Origin: Alistipes putredinis
GTDB taxonomy: Bacteria > Bacteroidota > Bacteroidia > Bacteroidales > Bacteroidaceae
NCBI GenBank assembly: GCA_963602765.1
Contig: CAVCKM010000094.1
Location: 1,479 to 65,478 of the forward strand
Length of the DNA: 64,000 nt
Reading direction: 5' to 3'
Part shown: positions 52,387 to 61,354 of the stretch, piece after piece
How positions within the stretch are numbered: position 1 is the first letter of the stretch
Layout: each line of letters begins with the position of its first letter
Program-made: the position numbers and the translations under genes
Notes under the pieces: generated by a model
What the model saw: only the letters and a program-made list of their open reading frames with translations
Database searches by the model: none
What the model was told of the DNA's origin: nothing

Positions 52387-52474
52387 GCCCGCGGCTTGGG
52401 CATCGTGTGCCCACGGCTTGAGAATCGTGTGCCCGCGGCTTGAGCATCGTGTGCCCGCGGCTCGGGCATCTAGC
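52387..52474. repeat. Four tandem copies of a GC-rich 22-bp unit (GCCCGCGGCTTGGGCATCGTGT)
   Basis: Units at 52387-52408, 52409-52430, 52431-52452 and 52453-52474. They are contiguous with no spacers. Confidence 0.9.
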
Positions 52475-52587
52475 GTCCTCCAAGTGGGGAAGTACTAGGG
52501 ACTTAGCAAATGGATAGACACTACCTGTCGGTGTTGTCCAGGTGATGAGACATAGCCCCGAAAGTCTTTTGGCTAAAACAGACTTAG

Positions 52588-52631
52588 ATGATACTTTTAT
52601 GATACTTTGATGATACTTCTATGATACTTTT
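52588..52631. repeat. Four tandem 11-bp units with an ATGATACTT core
   Basis: Cores at 52588, 52599, 52610 and 52621, an exact 11-bp period. Extra solitary GATACTTT copies lie at 52711-52718 and 52764-52771. Confidence 0.9.
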
Positions 52632-52855
52632 TACAGAAAAGCACAAAAGATACACTTGTTTTATGTCGCTGTAGATCAGGGCAATACGGCACACACAAAA
52701 GCTCAGAAGTGATACTTTGAGACTTTTTCGATAAAAAAACTTTTTTGCACAATGTAGCCCGGCGATACTTTTATACGATGGAGTCAAGGCGACAGTCCAC
52801 ATTTCACTTCTATGCTGCCACAGGAAATATCCGTTGAGCCTACTTTGCCATGTTT

Positions 52856-54334
52856 TTATGCGTGTCTTTTCAGCACGATGCTGTCGGTGATGCATGGGGG
52901 GAGTGCCTCCTTGTAGTGGGTGACCATGATGAGGGTCTTGTTGCGGCGCTGGCAGAAGGTGTTGATGATTTCCTTTACCATTTCGCCGTGCGGGGCGTCG
53001 AGGCCGTGGAGGGGCTCGTCGAGGATGAGCAGCTCGGGGTCTTTGACGAAGGCGCGGGCAAGGAGCACTAGGCGCTGCTCGCCGCTGGAGAGCTTGAGGA
53101 AGGTGCGGTCGGCAAGGCTCTCGATGCCGAAGAAGCGCATCCACATGCGGCAGACGTCGTAGTCCTTTTCTGAGGGCTTGACGTAGAGGCCTACGGAGTC
53201 TTTCAGTCCGGAGGCCACGATGCGTATGGCGGGCATGTCGCGGTTGTAGGCGCGGTGCATCTCGGGGGAGACGTAGCCGATGTGCTTCTTGATGTCCCAG
53301 ATGCTTTCGCCGTGTCCGCGCTGCTGGTCGAAGAGGACGATGTCGCAGGCGTAGCTCTGGGGGTTGTCGGCGCAGACGAGGCTGAGCAGGGTTGACTTTC
53401 CGGCGCCGTTCTGGCCGGAGAGTGCCCACTTCTCGCCGTTGCAGACGGTCCAGTCGAGGTCCTGCAGTATGGTGCGTGTGCCGTAGCGTATCGAGACCTT
53501 GTTCATGCGCACCACCTCGTGGGTGTTGTAGTCGTCGTTGCGGTAGGGGAGGTTGAGGATTTCCTGCTTGACAGCTTCGCTGAGGAAGGGGGGAGCGACG
53601 TGCTCGGTTTGTGCCATGTATTCGGAGCGAGTTACCTTTGGCAGTACCTTCATGTCCCTTACGGGCACTACGTGTGTGATGAACTTGGGGATGTCCTCGT
53701 CCTTTGCCAGTACGAGTATTATCTGGAGGGCGCGTTCGGCACTCATTATCTCGAGCACCTCGCGCAGCTGCTGGCGTGTCTCCTTGTCGAGTCCGATGAA
53801 GGGGTTGTCCATGATGAGCACGCGGGGGTCTGCCATGAGTGCCTTACAGAGCTGCAGCTTGCGCAGTTCGCCGCTGGAGAGGAGTATGATGTATTTGTCG
53901 AGCAGGTAGCGCAGGTTGAAGACGTCGTAGAGGTGCTCCTTGAAGGTCTGGCGCTCGGGGGTGTCGTCGCCGTTGCGCAGGTATTCGTCCTCGAGGAGCT
54001 TGCCCACGGTGGGTGTGGAGCTGTCTATCTCGGTCTGGTTCCAGCGTTGCTGAAGGTAGTAGGTCTTGTCGTTGTCGCCTCCGTAGGTGTCGCGGAAGGT
54101 GATGTGCTTGATGTTGTCCGAGGCGAGTCTGGACTTCTTTGGCGAGAAGTCGTAGACGGCGTCTGGAGCGAGGAGTGGGTGGGCTCCTGTAATGATGTCC
54201 ACGAGCATGGACTTGCCTGCGGCGTTGGGGCCTACGATGGCGATGTGTTCTTTGTCGTCGAGTTCGAAGTGTACGGGTTCTGCCATACGCCAGGCGGGCA
54301 TACGGGTGACGCCGTGTTCTATCCTGATAATCAT
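52856..54334 (-). CDS. Soluble double-ATPase ABC protein (ModF-like), no transmembrane domain
   Basis: Two Walker A sites ([17 protein letters not shown]) and two signature/Walker B sets ([13 protein letters not shown]; [17 protein letters not shown]). Confidence 0.8.
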   Translation of the reverse strand: MIIRIEHGVTRMPAWRMAEPVHFELDDKEHIAIVGPNAAGKSMLVDIITGAHPLLAPDAVYDFSPKKSRLASDNIKHITFRDTYGGDNDKTYYLQQRWNQTEIDSSTPTVGKLLEDEYLRNGDDTPERQTFKEHLYDVFNLRYLLDKYIILLSSGELRKLQLCKALMADPRVLIMDNPFIGLDKETRQQLREVLEIMSAERALQIILVLAKDEDIPKFITHVVPVRDMKVLPKVTRSEYMAQTEHVAPPFLSEAVKQEILNLPYRNDDYNTHEVVRMNKVSIRYGTRTILQDLDWTVCNGEKWALSGQNGAGKSTLLSLVCADNPQSYACDIVLFDQQRGHGESIWDIKKHIGYVSPEMHRAYNRDMPAIRIVASGLKDSVGLYVKPSEKDYDVCRMWMRFFGIESLADRTFLKLSSGEQRLVLLARAFVKDPELLILDEPLHGLDAPHGEMVKEIINTFCQRRNKTLIMVTHYKEALPPCITDSIVLKRHA

Positions 54335-54903
54335 CTTATTTTGTTTTTGTTTTTAATGGCGAAATCTTTCCAACTACTGTATTTCTTGTCGCTGACGGGT
54401 GACTGGAGCTGCATGAAGTGGCAGTAGGCAGCTCCGAGTGCGTCCGTGGCGTCCATGAATTTGGGCATGTCGTCCTTGCTTATCTTCAGTATACGCTGGA
54501 GCATGCCTGCCACCTGTTCCTTGGCGGCGGAGCCTGTGCCCGTGATGGCCATTTTTATTTTCATCGGGGCGTATTCGTGTATGGGGACGCTGTGCCTTAT
54601 GGCGGCCGCAATGGCAACGCCTTGTGCGCGTCCGAGTTTGAGCATAGACTGCACGTTCTTTCCGAAGAAGGGTGCTTCGATGGCCATCTCGTCGGGGAGG
54701 TATTCGTCGATGAGTCCCGTGACGCGCTCGAAGATGTGTCCGAGCTTGAGGTAGGGGTCGTCTTCCTTGCGCATGTCGATGACTCCCATGGCGAGCATCT
54801 CTGCCTTTTGTCCCTGGCAGCGTATAATGCCGTAGCCCATGACGTTGGTGCCGGGGTCTATGCCCATTATTATCTTTTCGGGCTTCTCTGCTGGTGCGTG
54901 CAT
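54331..54903 (-). CDS. ruvC: Crossover junction endodeoxyribonuclease RuvC
   Basis: [19 protein letters not shown] and [11 protein letters not shown] motifs. An alternative start is ATG 54867 (MGIDPG). Its stop overlaps the downstream gene's start by 4 nt. Confidence 0.9.
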   Translation of the reverse strand: MHAPAEKPEKIIMGIDPGTNVMGYGIIRCQGQKAEMLAMGVIDMRKEDDPYLKLGHIFERVTGLIDEYLPDEMAIEAPFFGKNVQSMLKLGRAQGVAIAAAIRHSVPIHEYAPMKIKMAITGTGSAAKEQVAGMLQRILKISKDDMPKFMDATDALGAAYCHFMQLQSPVSDKKYSSWKDFAIKNKNKIR

Positions 54904-54907
54904 GATG

Positions 54908-55549
54908 TTAGCGGTCGAGGTAGGGGTTGTGGGCGAGTTCGTAGCCTATGGTGGTGGCGTCGCCGTGGCCGGGGAATACCTGTGTCTCGTCGGGCAGTTG
55001 GGTGAGCTGTCGGAGTGACTGTATTATCATGAACGTGGAGCCTCCGGGGAAGTCGGTGCGCCCTATGCCGAGGTGGAAGAGGGTGTCGCCCGTGAAGGCT
55101 ACGTGCTCTGTCTCGCTGTAGTAGACGACGCTGCCTTTGGTGTGTCCTGGGGTCTCGATGACGCGGAGGGACTTGCCGTTGCCGAAGGTGACGGTGTCGC
55201 CGTCGTTGAGGCATTTGCCGATGACGGGAAGGTCGTCTATGATGAGTCCCATGGCGGCGGCCATCTGCTTGGCTCCCTTGTACTGCTCGGCGTCGCGTTC
55301 GCAGAGGGTGGGGAGGAGTCCCCACGTGTCGTGGACGAACTTGCTGCCCATGGCGTGGTCGAAGTGGCCGTGGGTGAGCAGGTGCATGACGGGGGTGAGC
55401 TGCTCGGCGGCGATGTATTCCTTGATGGCTGACTGCTCGAAGGGGCTGTGTGCTCCGCAGTCGATGATGATGCACTCGCGGCTGTCGTCGCTGACGATGT
55501 AGCAGTTCTCGGCCAGCGCGTTGCATTGTATGGTTTTTATCTTTAGCAT
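54908..55549 (-). CDS. MBL-fold metallo-hydrolase (glyoxalase II-like)
   Basis: THGHFDH motif, TPGHTKGS, 213 aa. Confidence 0.8.
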   Translation of the reverse strand: MLKIKTIQCNALAENCYIVSDDSRECIIIDCGAHSPFEQSAIKEYIAAEQLTPVMHLLTHGHFDHAMGSKFVHDTWGLLPTLCERDAEQYKGAKQMAAAMGLIIDDLPVIGKCLNDGDTVTFGNGKSLRVIETPGHTKGSVVYYSETEHVAFTGDTLFHLGIGRTDFPGGSTFMIIQSLRQLTQLPDETQVFPGHGDATTIGYELAHNPYLDR

Positions 55550-55573
55550 TGTCTGGGGTGTTTGTGCAGGGGG

Positions 55574-56197
55574 TTATGCGGGCAGGTAGATGAGGTGTTT
55601 TTCCTTGAACCACTCTTCCTCGAACCATGTGGAGAGCTCTGTCTTCTCCACGATGTTCTTGAAGGGGTGTGTCTCTGCCTGCAGGTCGCCTCCCTTCAGG
55701 CAGAGTATGCCGTTGGGGAGTGGGTTCTGCTGGTTTTTGCGGTCGATGTTTTTCTTTACTATCTTGACGAGGTCCGGCAGGGGCATCACGGCGCGCGAGA
55801 CGACGAAGTCGAACTTGCCTTTCTCCTCTTCGCCACGGCGCTGCTCGGCGACGACGTTCTTCAGTCCGATGGCGGCGGCCACTTCCTGGCAGACGCGTAT
55901 CTTCTTCGCTGTCCCGTCGATGAGTTTGAACTGGCACTCCGGGAACATGATGGCGAGCGGGATGCCGGGGAAGCCACCGCCACACCCGAAGTCCATGATG
56001 CGCGTGCCGGGGCGGAAGTTGATGGCGCGGGCTATGGCGAGCGAGTGGAGCACGTGGTGCTCGTAGAGGTTGTCGATGTCCTTGCGGGAGATGACGTTAA
56101 TCTTCGAGTTCCAGTCGTGGTAGAGGTCGTCGAGGGCGGCAAACTGCTGCTGCTGTTCGGCGGTCAGGGTGGGGAAGTATTTCTGGATTATCTGCAT
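55574..56197 (-). CDS. rsmG: 16S rRNA (guanine527-N7)-methyltransferase
   Basis: DFGCGGGFPGIPLAI SAM motif and RsmG/GidB length. Start taken at ATG 56197 (MQIIQKY). Confidence 0.85.
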   Translation of the reverse strand: MQIIQKYFPTLTAEQQQQFAALDDLYHDWNSKINVISRKDIDNLYEHHVLHSLAIARAINFRPGTRIMDFGCGGGFPGIPLAIMFPECQFKLIDGTAKKIRVCQEVAAAIGLKNVVAEQRRGEEEKGKFDFVVSRAVMPLPDLVKIVKKNIDRKNQQNPLPNGILCLKGGDLQAETHPFKNIVEKTELSTWFEEEWFKEKHLIYLPA

Positions 56198-56243
56198 GTG
56201 TGTATGGGGTTGTATGGCACTTGTGTAGGGGAAGGGCATGTGT

Positions 56244-57947
56244 TTACTCCTCCATGAGTTTGCGGTAACGTCCCTTCTTTATTTCGGTGTCGCCGAGTCG
56301 GCGTGCCTTGTTTATCTCGTATTCGGAGTAGCTGCCTTCGAAGAAGAACACCTCTCCGTTGCCTTCGAAGGCGAGGATGTGGGTGCAGATGCGGTCGAGG
56401 AACCAGCGGTCGTGGCTGATGACGACGGCGCATCCGGCAAATGCCTCTAGGCCTTCCTCGAGGGCGCGTAGGGTATTCACGTCGATGTCGTTGGTAGGCT
56501 CGTCGAGGAGGAGCACGTTGCCTTCCTGCTTTAGGGCGAGGGCCAGCTGCAGGCGGTTGCGCTCACCGCCGGAGAGTACGCCGCAGAGTTTGCTCTGGTC
56601 GGTGCCGGAGAAGTTGAAGCGTGAGATGTAAGCGCGTGCGTTGACGTCGCGTCCTCCCATGCGGAAGAGTTCCGTGCCGCCGGAGATGACCTCGTAGACG
56701 GTCTTCTTGGGGTCGATGTCCTTGTGCTGCTGGTCTACGTAGGAGAGCTTGACGGTCTCGCCGACGGAGAAGGAACCGTTGTCGGGCTGGTCCAGTCCCA
56801 TGATGAGTCGGAAGAGGGTTGTCTTGCCTGCTCCGTTCGGTCCGATGACACCCACGATGCCGTTTGGCGGCAAGGCGAAGTTGAGGTCGTTGAAGAGCAC
56901 CTTCTCGCCGAATGCCTTCTGCACGTGCGCAGCCTCGATGACCTTGTTGCCGAGGCGCGGGCCGTTGGGGATGAATATCTCGAGTTTCTCCTCGCGGTCC
57001 TTCTGCTCCTGGTTGAGCATCTGCTCGTATGAGTTCAGACGTGCCTTGCCCTTTGCCTGACGTGCCTTGGGTGCCATGCGTACCCACTCCAGCTCGCGCT
57101 CGAGGGTCTTGCGGCGCTTGGAGGCGGTCTTCTCCTCCTGCATCATGCGCTTTGTCTTCTGGTCGAGCCATGAGGAGTAGTTGCCCTTCCAGGGGATGCC
57201 CTCGCCGCGGTCGAGTTCGAGAATCCACTCGCTGACGTCGTCGAGGAAGTAGCGGTCGTGGGTGACGGCAATGACGGTGCCCTCGTACTGCTGCAGGTGC
57301 TGCTCGAGCCAGTCGATGCTCTCGGCGTCAAGATGGTTGGTAGGCTCGTCGAGGAGGAGCACGTCGGGCTTCTGCAGGAGCAGCCGGCAGAGTGCTACGC
57401 GACGGCGTTCGCCGCCCGAGAGGTTGTCCACTTTCCAGTCGGCTGGCGGACAGCGCAGGGCGCTCATGGCGCGGTCGAGCTTGGAGTCGATGTTCCATGC
57501 GTCGGTGGCGTCGATGATGTCCTGCACCTCTGCCTGGCGTGCCATGAGTTTGTCCATTTTGTCGGGGTCGGAGTAGTACTCCTCCAAGCCGAATTTGTTG
57601 TTGATGTCTTCGTATTCGGCAAGTGCGTCGTAGATGTGCTGCACGCCTTCCATGACGTTCTCCTTGACGGTCTTCTGCTCGTTGAGCGGCGGGTCCTGCG
57701 GCAGGTAGCCTACGGTATAGCCGGGACTCCAGACTACTTCGCCCTGGGTGGGCTGCTCCAGTCCGGCGATGATTTTCATCAGGGTGGACTTACCTGCGCC
57801 GTTCAGACCGATGATGCCTATCTTGGCACCGTAGAAGAAGGAGAGGTATATGTTCTTGAGTACTTGTTTCTGGTTCTGCGGGATAATCTTTGATACTCCC
57901 ACCATGGAGAAGATGATCTTCTTGTCGTCTGTCTGTTGTTGTGCCAT
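56244..57947 (-). CDS. ettA: Energy-dependent translational throttle protein EttA (ABC-F)
   Basis: Two ABC domains with an inter-domain linker. The N-terminal ...IIFSMVGVSK..KQVLKNI pattern is typical of EttA. Confidence 0.9.
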   Translation of the reverse strand: MAQQQTDDKKIIFSMVGVSKIIPQNQKQVLKNIYLSFFYGAKIGIIGLNGAGKSTLMKIIAGLEQPTQGEVVWSPGYTVGYLPQDPPLNEQKTVKENVMEGVQHIYDALAEYEDINNKFGLEEYYSDPDKMDKLMARQAEVQDIIDATDAWNIDSKLDRAMSALRCPPADWKVDNLSGGERRRVALCRLLLQKPDVLLLDEPTNHLDAESIDWLEQHLQQYEGTVIAVTHDRYFLDDVSEWILELDRGEGIPWKGNYSSWLDQKTKRMMQEEKTASKRRKTLERELEWVRMAPKARQAKGKARLNSYEQMLNQEQKDREEKLEIFIPNGPRLGNKVIEAAHVQKAFGEKVLFNDLNFALPPNGIVGVIGPNGAGKTTLFRLIMGLDQPDNGSFSVGETVKLSYVDQQHKDIDPKKTVYEVISGGTELFRMGGRDVNARAYISRFNFSGTDQSKLCGVLSGGERNRLQLALALKQEGNVLLLDEPTNDIDVNTLRALEEGLEAFAGCAVVISHDRWFLDRICTHILAFEGNGEVFFFEGSYSEYEINKARRLGDTEIKKGRYRKLMEE

Positions 57948-57966
57948 GAATATTTGTTGTTGGGGG

Positions 57967-59805
57967 TTATTTTCGTTTTTTATTGGGGTCGTCCTTGATG
58001 CTGGCTTTTGCCCTTAGCTTAAGGTACTCGTTGAGCTTGAAACCATTGGAGGCTATGTGCAGCAGGAGGGAGAACTTCTGGTCGTATGCCTGCTGGATGT
58101 TTTGCAGGATGTTGTCGCGACGCTCTATGATGACTTTGTTGTTCGTTGTGAGGTTGGTTCGCCGCTGTAGGGCTGCGATGCCCACTATGCGCGAGGAGAA
58201 GTAGTCGGCTCCCTTCTTGATGCGCTCCTGCAGGAAGGCATCGTCGGGGTAGTCCTCCTTTTGCATGATGATGGGTCCGTATTGGGTGCGGAAACGCATG
58301 ACGACTTCCTCGTCCTTCATCAGGTCTGCCTGTGCCTCCTGCCAGTCTTGGTACTCTATGGGGCATGAGCTGTAGAAATGCTCCCTCATGAGTCGTACGA
58401 GGGCATCGATGCCGAAACGTAGTTGGGAGAGGTCGAAGAGGTCGTTGACGGTGCGCAGGAAGAAGCTACGCTCCATCGAGTTGAGCTGCTCGGTATTGGG
58501 CTGCTGGTGGCGCGGGTCGTGCGTGAATTTGTCGACCTGCTCATCATTGATGATGGCTTGCGGAGGGATGGGTGCGCTGAGCACCATTCCTTCGAGAGTC
58601 TTGCAGCGCGACAGGGCGACGTACGTCTGACCGTGTGCGAAGCTGTGCTGGACGTCGATGATGGCGTGTTCGAAGGTGAGGCCCTGCGACTTGTGTACGG
58701 TGATGGCCCAGGCTGTCTTCAGCGGGTATTGCGTGAAGGTGCCGATGACCTCTTTCGTTATCTCCTTCGTCTTGGGGTTCAGGGTGTAGCGTGAATTCTC
58801 CCACTTGACGCGCGGCACGTTGACGTAGGTGTTCTCCTTTGTGGTGTGTACGACGATGATGTCCTCCTCGAATGAGGTGACTTCGCCTATCATGCCGTTG
58901 TAGTAAGCCTTTTCGGATGTCGGGTCGTTTTTGATGAACATTACCTGCGCCCCCACTTTCAGCGTGAGGTCTCTGTCGGTGGGGAAGGAAGACTCGGGAA
59001 AGTCCTTCTCGACAGTGGCGTGGAATGTCTGGGGCATCCCCCGTAGTGTGGCAAGCTCCCGCTGATTGATGGCTTCGGCCTGACTGTTGTGCGTGGTGAG
59101 GCGTATGTAGCCGTCCTCCTTCTTGGGTTTGAAATCGGGGATGCAGCGGCTGTTCAGCTGGGCGAGCGTCGGTTCGTCCACCGTGTTCGTGCGTACCTTA
59201 TTTAATATAGAGATGAAATGTTCGTCGGCCTGGCGGTAGACGTGCTTTAGCTCGACGGTGACAAACTCCGACTGCTCCAGGGCGTGGCTGGAGAAGAAAT
59301 ACTGAGTGGCATAGTACGGGCTGAGCATACGCCATTCGTCCTCCTTGGCAACGGGGGCGAGCTGCTGCATGTCGCCGATGAGGAGCATCTGTACGCCGCC
59401 GAAGGGACGTTGGGAGTGGCGGTACTGGCGCAGCACCTCGTCGATGGCGTCGAGGATGTCGGCGCGGACCATACTTATCTCGTCGATGACGATGAGGTCG
59501 ACGGAGCGCAGGATGTTGATCTTTGACTTGCGGAACAGGAAACGTTTGCTCTGGCTGCCGGCGGTGTGCGTGCCGGGTATGTGCGGACCGAAGGGAAGCT
59601 GGAAGAAGGAGTGGATGGTGACCCCGTCGGCGTTGATGGCGGCGATGCCCGTAGGGGCGACGACTACCATGCGTTTAGGCGACTCCTGGCGCAGGGAGCG
59701 CAGGAAGGTGGTCTTTCCCGTTCCGGCTTTACCGGTAAGAAAAAGATTCGTGTCGGTTTTGGCAATGATTTGCCATGCTAGTTCGAGCTCAGGATTGGAG
59801 GACAT
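57967..59805 (-). CDS. Pif1/RecD-like SF1B DNA helicase with a C-terminal extension
   Basis: Walker A GKAGTGKTT, VVAPTGIAA, DEISMV, the Pif1 signature-like GDMQQLAPV, and TVHKSQG. Confidence 0.75.
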   Translation of the reverse strand: MSSNPELELAWQIIAKTDTNLFLTGKAGTGKTTFLRSLRQESPKRMVVVAPTGIAAINADGVTIHSFFQLPFGPHIPGTHTAGSQSKRFLFRKSKINILRSVDLIVIDEISMVRADILDAIDEVLRQYRHSQRPFGGVQMLLIGDMQQLAPVAKEDEWRMLSPYYATQYFFSSHALEQSEFVTVELKHVYRQADEHFISILNKVRTNTVDEPTLAQLNSRCIPDFKPKKEDGYIRLTTHNSQAEAINQRELATLRGMPQTFHATVEKDFPESSFPTDRDLTLKVGAQVMFIKNDPTSEKAYYNGMIGEVTSFEEDIIVVHTTKENTYVNVPRVKWENSRYTLNPKTKEITKEVIGTFTQYPLKTAWAITVHKSQGLTFEHAIIDVQHSFAHGQTYVALSRCKTLEGMVLSAPIPPQAIINDEQVDKFTHDPRHQQPNTEQLNSMERSFFLRTVNDLFDLSQLRFGIDALVRLMREHFYSSCPIEYQDWQEAQADLMKDEEVVMRFRTQYGPIIMQKEDYPDDAFLQERIKKGADYFSSRIVGIAALQRRTNLTTNNKVIIERRDNILQNIQQAYDQKFSLLLHIASNGFKLNEYLKLRAKASIKDDPNKKRK

Positions 59806-59829
59806 AATGTAATCGTTTTTACCCCACGC

Positions 59830-61131
59830 CTACATGGAGTAGCTGAAGCCTACGCTGAGGTATTCCTTGAACTGCAGATACGACAGGTCGTTCACTCGCT
59901 TGGCACTATCGTCAAAGCGCGGATAGAGGAATAGCTTGGTAGAGATGTAGCGGTTGAAGTTGAACGTCAGCGTGTTCTCCCACTCCAATTCAAACTTGTG
60001 GTATGTGGTGTAGGCGTAGAAACGGCTCTGCCACGTCATCGTGTCGAACGGCTTCCATAGCAGTTCTACGGTACATTGCGAACCCCAGTCGCTCAAGGTG
60101 TTCTCGCCCTCGTCCAGACCGAAGCTGGGACCGAGGTCTGTGCGGCTGACGTACTTGAGGTTGTAGGCAATAGGGGCAAGGTGTGCCGAGCCGGTGAGGC
60201 GTTTGTCCTTGGTCTCAATGGTATAGTCCATACCGAGAGAGAGATTGACGTTCAGAGGGGAGCAGAAGTCGGAGTATACCGTCTTGTTGTTGTTCTTGCG
60301 GCCTTTGGTGAACTGCGTGTTCGCCACCATTTGCAGCGTGTAGTACCAACGCTTCGTGGCCTGCAGACCGAATTTGGAGGTAAGGCGGAGCAAGTCTTCC
60401 GAGGTCTTGAACGTGTTGACGGTGTCGGCCTCGGTATTGAGGAAACCGAGCTTCATCTCCAACTTGTTGTCCCACTTCACTTTCTTCTTGTTGTCGTAGT
60501 TGTACTGCAGCGTGACTGAACCGAGCAGGGAGTAGTTGCTCGAACCGCTCTTGTACCAGTTTTCCGAGACGTGGTTCTGCATGAACTGCAGGTAGTAGTC
60601 TCCGGCAAAGGTCCACATCTTTGGTTTGGCAACGTAGAAGTCGATGACATCGTCGTAGGTGGTGGGACTAGAGGGAGTGAACAGCGGGTCGACCGTTTTG
60701 GGGCGTGGAGCAGGGGCACTTGGCGCAGGCATGATGGAGACCCCGTTGTCTGTATAACCGTCCAGCGTACGCGCTGACTGCCTGACGTACTCAGGGTGGC
60801 GGAGATATATGTCCATGAGAGTGCGGTCGACGGTGTTTGTCGTGTCGCCGTCAAGACGGAAGCTGTTGGAGGTGACATCTCCATAGTACGTCATGGGGGA
60901 GAATAGACGGTACAGTCGGCTTGAGGACGTTTGGAGCGAGTCGTTGGCACGTCGGAGCGAATCGAGTGTCTGCCGGTATGCGGCAAGCGAGTCGGTGTAG
61001 GATTTTGCGATGGATTCCGCCGGAGAAATCTGTTTGGCGTGGCTGCGTGTGCGGCGTTGAGCCGTACTGGCGACGGTGCCGATTGTTAGGAAAAAGATGG
61101 CGGCTGCGTATGTTTTAGTATTTTGATACAT
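59830..61131 (-). CDS. DUF3078-like outer-membrane beta-barrel protein
   Basis: Signal peptide, then alternating beta-strand pattern (NWYKSGSSNYSLLGSVTLQYNYD...) with a C-terminal ...VGFSYSM. Start taken at ATG 61131. Confidence 0.55.
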   Translation of the reverse strand: MYQNTKTYAAAIFFLTIGTVASTAQRRTRSHAKQISPAESIAKSYTDSLAAYRQTLDSLRRANDSLQTSSSRLYRLFSPMTYYGDVTSNSFRLDGDTTNTVDRTLMDIYLRHPEYVRQSARTLDGYTDNGVSIMPAPSAPAPRPKTVDPLFTPSSPTTYDDVIDFYVAKPKMWTFAGDYYLQFMQNHVSENWYKSGSSNYSLLGSVTLQYNYDNKKKVKWDNKLEMKLGFLNTEADTVNTFKTSEDLLRLTSKFGLQATKRWYYTLQMVANTQFTKGRKNNNKTVYSDFCSPLNVNLSLGMDYTIETKDKRLTGSAHLAPIAYNLKYVSRTDLGPSFGLDEGENTLSDWGSQCTVELLWKPFDTMTWQSRFYAYTTYHKFELEWENTLTFNFNRYISTKLFLYPRFDDSAKRVNDLSYLQFKEYLSVGFSYSM

Positions 61132-61165
61132 GTGAGTTGGTTGGTACAACAACGGGATTGAACCG

Positions 61166-61173
61166 CAAAGTTA
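61166..61173 (-). promoter_or_regulatory. Bacteroidota-type -7 box (TAACTTTG) for the DUF3078-like gene
   Basis: Plus-strand CAAAGTTA, 35 nt upstream of ATG 61131. Confidence 0.4.
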
Positions 61174-61278
61174 CATTAAATAAATGGGAAAAGGGCGATT
61201 TTACTTGATAAATGTGGCATAAAGCGCGGAAGAATAAAAGAAAACAAGCAAATCGCGCAGACTTTCAGAAAAAAATAG

Positions 61279-61286
61279 TAATTTTG
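61279..61286 (+). promoter_or_regulatory. Bacteroidota-type -7 box (TAATTTTG) for pyrG
   Basis: Exact TAnnTTTG match 69 nt upstream of ATG 61355. Confidence 0.4.
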
Positions 61287-61354
61287 CAACTTAATAGTAA
61301 ATAACGGGCGATACCTGCGCATGGGTACGCTTAAACACACACACAACAATAACA

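Larger units (their letters stand above)
52299..52840. repeat. 542-bp non-coding cassette bounded by 34-bp imperfect inverted repeats (MITE-like or inverton-like)
   Basis: IR-L at 52299-52332 is GGCTCAACAGATTTTTCCTGTGGCAGCATATAAG. The reverse complement of IR-R (52807-52840) is GGCTCAACGGATATTTCCTGTGGCAGCATAGAAG. They match at 31/34 with a 17-bp perfect core. No credible ORF lies inside. Confidence 0.8.

Noticed and set aside
52387-52474. Possible CRISPR array
   Set aside because: The units are only 22 bp and directly contiguous with no unique spacers. No cas genes are in the window.
52193-52498. 101-aa ORF on the + strand covering IR-L and the 22-bp array
   Set aside because: It starts antisense within the purM-like start region and translates tandem repeats. 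It has no promoter box and no protein-like composition.
52584-53429. 281-aa ORF on the - strand running from the ABC gene into the IR-bounded cassette
   Set aside because: The upstream part is an R/P-rich alternative frame of the ABC ATPase. The C-terminal part simply reads through the repeat cassette (FLWQH and SSKYH strings mirror the IRs). There is no coding signal.
53519-54427. 302-aa ORF on the + strand
   Set aside because: It is antisense to the ModF-like ABC ATPase and ruvC and is a shadow ORF.
54870-55985. 371-aa Arg/Pro/His-rich ORF on the - strand
   Set aside because: It is out of frame across the MBL hydrolase and rsmG genes. Its extreme R/P/H bias is not protein-like.
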